Shown: piece by piece, positions 6,679 to 11,168 of the stretch
Layout: each line of letters opens with the position of its first letter
How positions within the stretch are numbered: position 1 is the stretch's first letter
Assembly (NCBI GenBank): GCA_964534625.1
Contig: CAZHRF010000068.1
Coordinates: 1 to 11,168 of the forward strand
Origin: an uncultured archaeon
GTDB taxonomy: Archaea > Asgardarchaeota > Heimdallarchaeia > Heimdallarchaeales > Heimdallarchaeaceae
Length of the DNA stretch: 11,168 nt
Reading direction: 5' to 3'
Translations under genes and position numbers: made by a program
The notes under the pieces: generated by a model
Told to the model about the DNA's origin: nothing
The model's input: the letters and a program-made list of their open reading frames with translations, nothing else
Database searches by the model: none

Positions 6679-7518
6679 ATGAAATATGGACTTTATGCAC
6701 CCAATTTTGGTAAAACATTTGGTGACCCAAATAAATTAGTTGAACTTGCTGAGATAGCGGAACAATCAGCTTGGCAAGGATTTTTTTTATGGGATCACAT
6801 CTTAACTGAAGAACCCACATATGTTGTTGATCCTTGGATAGCTTTAACCGCAATGGCATCTAAAACAGATTCATTAATCTTAGGTACATCGGTTACTCCT
6901 TCTCCTCGTAGGGATCCGTCTAAACTTATACGAGAAACTTTAACCTTACAATCATTTTCTGGTGGGCGTTTAATTTTAGGGCTTGGTTTAGGTATTGATG
7001 ATGAGTTTCGGTGGTTAGGTCATGAACCTAACATCAAAATCAGAGCTAAAATGCAAGAAGAACAATTAGAAATTCTTTCTTCTGCTTGGAAAGGTGAGGA
7101 AGTTAACTATCAAGGAGATTATTATAACATAGAAAAAGCTCAATTTCTGCCAGAAAAAGCTACTAAAACAGATATCCCCATTTGGTTCGGAGGTACATGG
7201 CCAAATAAGAAACCTTTCCGACGAGCTGCTAGATGGGGGAATGGCATCATCCCTCTTAAAGTAGGATTTGAAGAACCACTAACTCCTGATGAAATACAAG
7301 AAGTGAAAGACTATACTAGTCAATTTCTACCTAAGGGAAGAAAATTTGATATTATAAAAGTCGGATTTACTCCAAGGGAAAAAAGAGAAGAACAAATTAC
7401 ACACCTCAAATTTTATGAAAAAGCGGGTATAACGTGGTTTTTAGAAACGATCGGCGATTTTAGAGGTACTTTTCAAGACATCGTTGAGATTATTGAAAGA
7501 GGTCCAATACTGCTCTAA
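6679..7518 (+). CDS. LLM-class (luciferase-like) flavin/F420-dependent oxidoreductase
   Basis: AEQSAWQGFFLWDH, DPWIALTAMA, LGTSVTP, SGGRLILGLGLG, IPIWFGG and RRAARWGNG are typical LLM TIM-barrel motifs. Confidence 0.92.
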   Translation: MKYGLYAPNFGKTFGDPNKLVELAEIAEQSAWQGFFLWDHILTEEPTYVVDPWIALTAMASKTDSLILGTSVTPSPRRDPSKLIRETLTLQSFSGGRLILGLGLGIDDEFRWLGHEPNIKIRAKMQEEQLEILSSAWKGEEVNYQGDYYNIEKAQFLPEKATKTDIPIWFGGTWPNKKPFRRAARWGNGIIPLKVGFEEPLTPDEIQEVKDYTSQFLPKGRKFDIIKVGFTPREKREEQITHLKFYEKAGITWFLETIGDFRGTFQDIVEIIERGPILL

Positions 7519-7519
7519 A

Positions 7520-7529
7520 TCTTTTTTTC
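7520..7529 (+). terminator. Archaeal-type oligo-U terminator after the LLM gene
   Basis: tctttttttc lies just after the TAA at 7516-7518. Confidence 0.45.
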
Positions 7530-7539
7530 AAGAGAAGAA

Positions 7540-7547
7540 TATATATA
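7540..7547 (+). promoter_or_regulatory. Putative TATA box for the eIF2B-like gene
   Basis: Purine-rich gagaagaa followed by TATATATA, 30 nt upstream of the ATG at 7578. Confidence 0.5.
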
Positions 7548-7577
7548 CATCTTTCCCTTTTTATAAATGAATTTAAC

Positions 7578-8313
7578 ATGTCAGCTACCTTTAACAAGGA
7601 AATAGAAAGGTTACGGAATGACAACACTAGCGGTGCTCAAGAGCTTGTATTCCGGGCTTTAAAAAGTTTAGAGCGAGAATTAGAAGACAATCCCAAGGAA
7701 ATTCTAGATTTATTTCCCTTGTTTAAAAAAATAATACAAGTCAACCCCGAAATGACTGTTCTCAGAAATGTTTGCTTACTCCTTATTCAATTTTTAGGAA
7801 AACATAATAGGGGAGAAAAGGTTTTTAGACATATAGAAGGAGCAATAGTCGATTTAGATGAACAAGTGATTCAAGAAGGAATTAATGAGCTAAAAACATA
7901 TTCGAATATATGCACCTTTTCACGTTCTTCAACTCTTCAGGTTGTTACAAAAATTTCAACCTGAAGTGGTGATTATCGGAGCGGATACTATATGCCACAA
8001 TGGTGATAGCATCAATAAAATAGGCAGTTATCCGCTAGCACTAGTATGTAAATCACTGTCGATCCCTTTTATTGTTATTAGCTCTACGCTCAAAAAACAA
8101 ATGCGCCCTAAAGACATCAAAATACTAGCGAGGGGATCTCATGAGATATGGGAAATAGAACAAGAAGGGATAAAAATTGTTAATTATTATTTTGAAAAAG
8201 TCCCAAGAGATTTAATTACGGCATATATTACAGAGGAGGGGTATGTAACGGATGTTCCTTCATTTTCTGTTGATCTCGCTAGTTCGCTAATTGAAAGAAT
8301 CTATTCTATGTAA
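7578..8313 (+). pseudogene. eIF2B alpha/beta/delta / ribose-1,5-bisphosphate isomerase-family gene, split into two frames (7578-7964 and 7942-8313) with an internal deletion
   Basis: The 5' ORF has DNTSGA, NPEMTVLRN and ICTFSRSST. The 3' ORF has VVIIGAD, NKIGSYPLAL, IPFIV, NYYFEKVP and ITAYITEEG. The family's central ESxP..EG...L...GI segment is absent from both frames. Confidence 0.75.
7935..7966. repeat. Perfect 10-bp inverted repeat at the eIF2B break point
   Basis: CTTCAGGTTG (7935-7944), a 12-nt spacer, then CAACCTGAAG (7957-7966). Confidence 0.9.
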
Positions 8314-8320
8314 GAATTTC

Positions 8321-9037
8321 TTATGACCCTTCATCTAACTCTAACTTCTGATTATTGCTCTCTGGTACAATAGGTTCAACATAATAGGCTATTTTTCCAG
8401 CCCATCTTACTTCTCCTGTTCTATAGATGGGATTATTTCTAATGTGTCTAATTCGTGATACTGATAAATTGTATTTCTCACTTAGCATTTTAAGGCTTGT
8501 AAAAGGTTTGTCAACTTCACTCAATATTCGCCTTATTAATGCTCTTTTACTTTCATCAACTACTAATTCTCCTTGTTCTACCTTATAGCCAAAAGGCGGT
8601 CTAGACATTACTTTTTTTTGTTCTAACCTTTTTTTCATGCCCTTGTATCTATTCTTCCTGTATTTCTTCAGCTGTTTTTGTGTTTCTTCTAACTTCGGTG
8701 GTAACTCTGCATTTTTCTTTTTCTTTTCTTCCACATTTTGATATACAATTCCTCTTTTCTTCAACAAGATTTTAACATAACCTAATAGATCCAAGTCTTG
8801 AGTTACTGATTTAGCATCATATATCCACAATTCATCAAATTGGTTCTTTTTGGCCAACTGCAATATATGGTCAAATTCTTCTCTCTCTTCTGGATCTTTA
8901 ATTCTAAAACTTGTTTCTCGAATAATTGTTTTTATTTCCCTCTCTCCTTCTTGATATATTAGTGCTGAAATATCTTCTAATTGTTTCTCAGCTCTTTCTT
9001 CATTTTCTTCATTGATATAAATAATACACCGTTTCAT
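8321..9037 (-). CDS. Serine recombinase-family protein (resolvase-like N-domain plus recombinase DNA-binding domain), catalytically degenerate
   Basis: MKRCIIY..., EREEFDHILQLAKKNQFDELWIY, GMKKRLEQKKVMSRPPFGY and IRNNPIYRTGEVRWAGK...EPIV match the fold. The catalytic YxRxS reads YINEE and DRLxR reads KSVTQ. Confidence 0.8.
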   Translation of the reverse strand: MKRCIIYINEENEERAEKQLEDISALIYQEGEREIKTIIRETSFRIKDPEEREEFDHILQLAKKNQFDELWIYDAKSVTQDLDLLGYVKILLKKRGIVYQNVEEKKKKNAELPPKLEETQKQLKKYRKNRYKGMKKRLEQKKVMSRPPFGYKVEQGELVVDESKRALIRRILSEVDKPFTSLKMLSEKYNLSVSRIRHIRNNPIYRTGEVRWAGKIAYYVEPIVPESNNQKLELDEGS

Positions 9038-9056
9038 AACCTTGTGAAAAGGTTAT
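9036..9056. promoter_or_regulatory. Perfect 8-bp inverted repeat overlapping the start codon of the recombinase-like gene (candidate operator or 5' hairpin)
   Basis: ATAACCTT-gtgaa-AAGGTTAT; the start codon is the complement of 9035-9037. Confidence 0.55.
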
Positions 9057-9221
9057 TCACCAGATAAAAGCATATGTAATACGTTCTGTGAACTACTTCC
9101 ACCTAAAAGAATGGGATTTTTTGCCATCTCAGCTAAAAAAAGAAGTAGGAAGAATCAAGAAATTTCCAGTTAACACGGTCATTTCCGATTATTTTTCCTT
9201 TTCTTTTTGGTGTATTCCCTT

Positions 9222-9689
9222 TCAATCTTCAAATATCATCGGATCTGGTATTTCTTTTTCTGTTTCAGGTTCCTTAGATATGTATCTATTAACGAAATAT
9301 CGTGCAAATTCTATCGCTTCATCCATATCAAATGGAGTTTCTTCTCCTGCTCTCTTCATACTTGATAATTTTTGTCTTAATAATCCTGTAGTTAACGCTA
9401 TAACTCTATTTTGATCATATAGACTATTTGCTTTAAATCTGATTTTTGCTGCGTCTCCTAATAGTTCTGAATACTCTTCTTTTAATTCTAGAAATTGTTT
9501 TTGAATTTCTTTTCTTTCTTTTTCTATTTCTTCTATTGCCATTTCTTGTATTTTTTCTGGAACATGATCAAAATAACCTATGTAATTCACTAAATCTTGT
9601 ACAAACTGTTCTTCATTTTCAATTGGCATCTTGTCTTTGAATTTAATTTTAAACATTGTACTGCTACGGATCTTTATTCGTCTGCTCAT
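9222..9689 (-). CDS. Hypothetical helical/coiled-coil protein (155 aa)
   Basis: ATG preceded by SD-like GTGAGG overlapping the upstream stop codon. It has a charged, heptad-like central region (EEIEKERKEIQKQFLELKEEYSELL). No family recognised. Confidence 0.8.
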   Translation of the reverse strand: MSRRIKIRSSTMFKIKFKDKMPIENEEQFVQDLVNYIGYFDHVPEKIQEMAIEEIEKERKEIQKQFLELKEEYSELLGDAAKIRFKANSLYDQNRVIALTTGLLRQKLSSMKRAGEETPFDMDEAIEFARYFVNRYISKEPETEKEIPDPMIFED

Positions 9690-9696
9690 GTTATCC

Positions 9697-10071
9697 TCAC
9701 TTCCACTTAATTCCCATCTCTTTTAATTGATCTTCATATGTTGTCAATTCGGAATAATCTTGCTTATATTCTATAATGGCATCTTTAAGTATTTGTACTA
9801 ATTCTTCTATTTTTATCATATCGTCTTTCCGTCTATCCAATCTATCTTTGTATTCTGCATATTTTATTGCAGCTTTAAAATAAGTATAAAAATCAACATC
9901 ACTATCTTTTCCATGGTTATTTTGCCAACCTTTGTATATCCAGTGCATAACACGCTTATACCGTTCTAGGATGGCTTCCTCGCTTATTTTTCTGTTGTCT
10001 CGATGGTTTTTAATCATTCGTGACTGATTAATGTTGAATCTTATTTTTTTCACTTTTTTCATATGTTTCAC
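9697..10071 (-). CDS. Hypothetical helical protein (about 121-124 aa)
   Basis: Open frame with a GTG at 10071 or an ATG at 10062. The stop lies 7 nt before the next ATG. No family recognised. Confidence 0.75.
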   Translation of the reverse strand: MKHMKKVKKIRFNINQSRMIKNHRDNRKISEEAILERYKRVMHWIYKGWQNNHGKDSDVDFYTYFKAAIKYAEYKDRLDRRKDDMIKIEELVQILKDAIIEYKQDYSELTTYEDQLKEMGIKWK

Positions 10072-10171
10072 GTCTATATTTTCTTTTTTCTTATTAAAAT
10101 TATGGAAATGAATACTATTAGAATTATGACTTCAATTTCTATTAACAAATATTATACTCGAAAAAGATTCT

Positions 10172-10840
10172 TTAATTTAATTCCGCCATCATCATTCTAA
10201 ATGGTTCCAAGAATGTTGCTGGATCCAAATTCGATGTCTCGTAAATAGGTATTGCTTCATTTAGTTCTGAATCTGCAATATCTTCTGCCACACGTTTACC
10301 AAGATAGACTCCTTTTTTCTTTAGGTCTGCTTTATTCACAAATATCATAATGGGTATCTCCTTGCCTGTTCTTTCACGTTCATCTTTCACAAGGCTGATA
10401 TATTCCACTATTTTTTGAAGTGAAGATATATTAGTACCATCTGCCATTATTATGACTAGATCTGATCCTTTTACTGCTATTTCTTGCATGAAACTAAACC
10501 TATCTTGCCCTGCAGGATCATTAAACACCACTTGATATGCATCATCTACGTGTGTGTAATCAATTTCTTCCTTGTTTTTCATTTTTTCAAGAACAACCGT
10601 ATTATGAGTTGTAAGGCACATAATTGAATCCACAACATTGAGTGAAACAGTTGTAGTACTCTGGGAGAAATCTGAATCTTTAATGGGTATAAAGTCGTAA
10701 TTATCGGCGGATTCTGCGCCTACTCGTCTTTCCACATCGCTTTTATGAAAATCCCCAAATACACTACTCAAAAAACTTGTTTTGCCACTACCTGTTGTAC
10801 CAAGAATACTGACCTTGCGAATTTGTGCGCTCTTTAACAT
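10172..10840 (-). CDS. Ras-superfamily small GTPase (Rab/Arf/MglA-like) with insertions
   Basis: G1 GTTGSGKT, G2 candidate TTTVSLN, G3 DPAGQDRF, G4 NKAD, G5-like ETSN. Confidence 0.92.
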   Translation of the reverse strand: MLKSAQIRKVSILGTTGSGKTSFLSSVFGDFHKSDVERRVGAESADNYDFIPIKDSDFSQSTTTVSLNVVDSIMCLTTHNTVVLEKMKNKEEIDYTHVDDAYQVVFNDPAGQDRFSFMQEIAVKGSDLVIIMADGTNISSLQKIVEYISLVKDERERTGKEIPIMIFVNKADLKKKGVYLGKRVAEDIADSELNEAIPIYETSNLDPATFLEPFRMMMAELN

Positions 10841-10944
10841 CGTATCACTTTAAGTTGATGAATAGTCTATCAATTTTTTTATAGAATACTATCATATTTA
10901 AACGATTTGTTTGAAGCAACCCTTTATACACTTAAATCAATTAA

Positions 10945-11060
10945 AACACATGAGAATTAGATATAGCAGTACGTTTGTTTTACTAAATAGAATATCAACA
11001 CATGAATATTATTACTTTTATAAATCTCTATGTAAAAGTGTTTTGTTTACTACATGAGAA
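10945..11060. repeat. Three ACATGA-cored direct repeats with exact 52-bp period
   Basis: ACATGA starts at 10948, 11000 and 11052. Copies 1 and 2 share AACACATGA; copies 1 and 3 share ACATGAGAA. Confidence 0.6.
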
Positions 11061-11077
11061 AAAGGGAAGGTGAAGGA
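11056..11077 (-). terminator. Pyrimidine-rich terminator-like tract after the right-edge gene
   Basis: The minus strand reads tccttcaccttccctttttctc directly after the TAA. Confidence 0.35.
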
Positions 11078-11168
11078 TTACTTAACCTTCAGCTCTTTTT
11101 TCTTTAAAGAATGAACTATTGCATATAGAACAAATCCCATCATTCCGAGTGCAGGAATGATTATTTTT
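11078..11168 (-). CDS. C-terminus of a membrane-anchored protein entering from outside the window
   Basis: Manual translation gives ...KIIIPALGMMGFVLYAIVHSLKKKELKVK*, a hydrophobic helix followed by a basic tail. Confidence 0.65.
   Translation of the reverse strand, partial: KIIIPALGMMGFVLYAIVHSLKKKELKVK

Noticed and set aside
6677-6859. 60-aa minus-strand ORF
   Set aside because: Antisense shadow of the LLM oxidoreductase.
7945-7964. Programmed frameshift or TGA (Sec) read-through rescuing the eIF2B-like gene
   Set aside because: Read-through gives unrelated sequence (SGDYRSGYYMPQW) followed by stops. The required shift is +1, and a fused product would still lack the conserved central segment.
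9130-9184. Possible C/D-box sRNA on the minus strand (ATGACC...CTGA)
   Set aside because: The box C candidate does not match RUGAUGA.
9088-9640. Plus-strand ORFs 9088-9414 and 9446-9640
   Set aside because: Largely antisense to the 155-aa gene. The Leu/Phe-rich look of the second is just the complement of Glu/Lys codons.
8321-10071. Integrated mobile element or provirus marked by the recombinase
   Set aside because: The recombinase lacks its catalytic residues, and I saw no flanking direct repeats, tRNA target, or replication/capsid genes.
10945-11060. CRISPR mini-array
   Set aside because: The conserved part is only 6-9 nt, far shorter than a CRISPR repeat, and there are no cas genes in the window.

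Overview
An AT-rich, gene-dense window that looks archaeal. Several genes have TATA boxes about 22-32 nt upstream of the start codon. A Ras-like small GTPase, an archaeal eIF2B/R15Pi-like gene and a stand-alone E2 acyltransferase domain suggest an Asgard archaeon, but this is inferred from gene content only. The left end holds the most interesting locus, a minus-strand overlapping gene pair. One gene encodes a class I SAM methyltransferase (CpaM-like). The other encodes a fused HgcAB-like protein (corrinoid domain, about 4 TM helices, dicluster ferredoxin) whose motifs differ from those of true mercury methylators. An SDR follows the pair. A small CxxC/CxxH protein and an MTA/SAH-deaminase-like amidohydrolase are transcribed divergently from it. 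The middle holds a NIPA/DMT transporter, the E2 domain, an alpha/beta hydrolase, an LLM-class oxidoreductase and an eIF2B-family gene broken by an internal deletion plus frameshift at a 10-bp inverted repeat. The right end holds a small GTPase with long insertions, two coupled unknown helical proteins, and a catalytically dead serine-recombinase-like protein with a perfect inverted repeat over its start codon. I saw no tRNA, rRNA, CRISPR array or IS element. All family assignments come from motif recognition by eye; no database searches were run.
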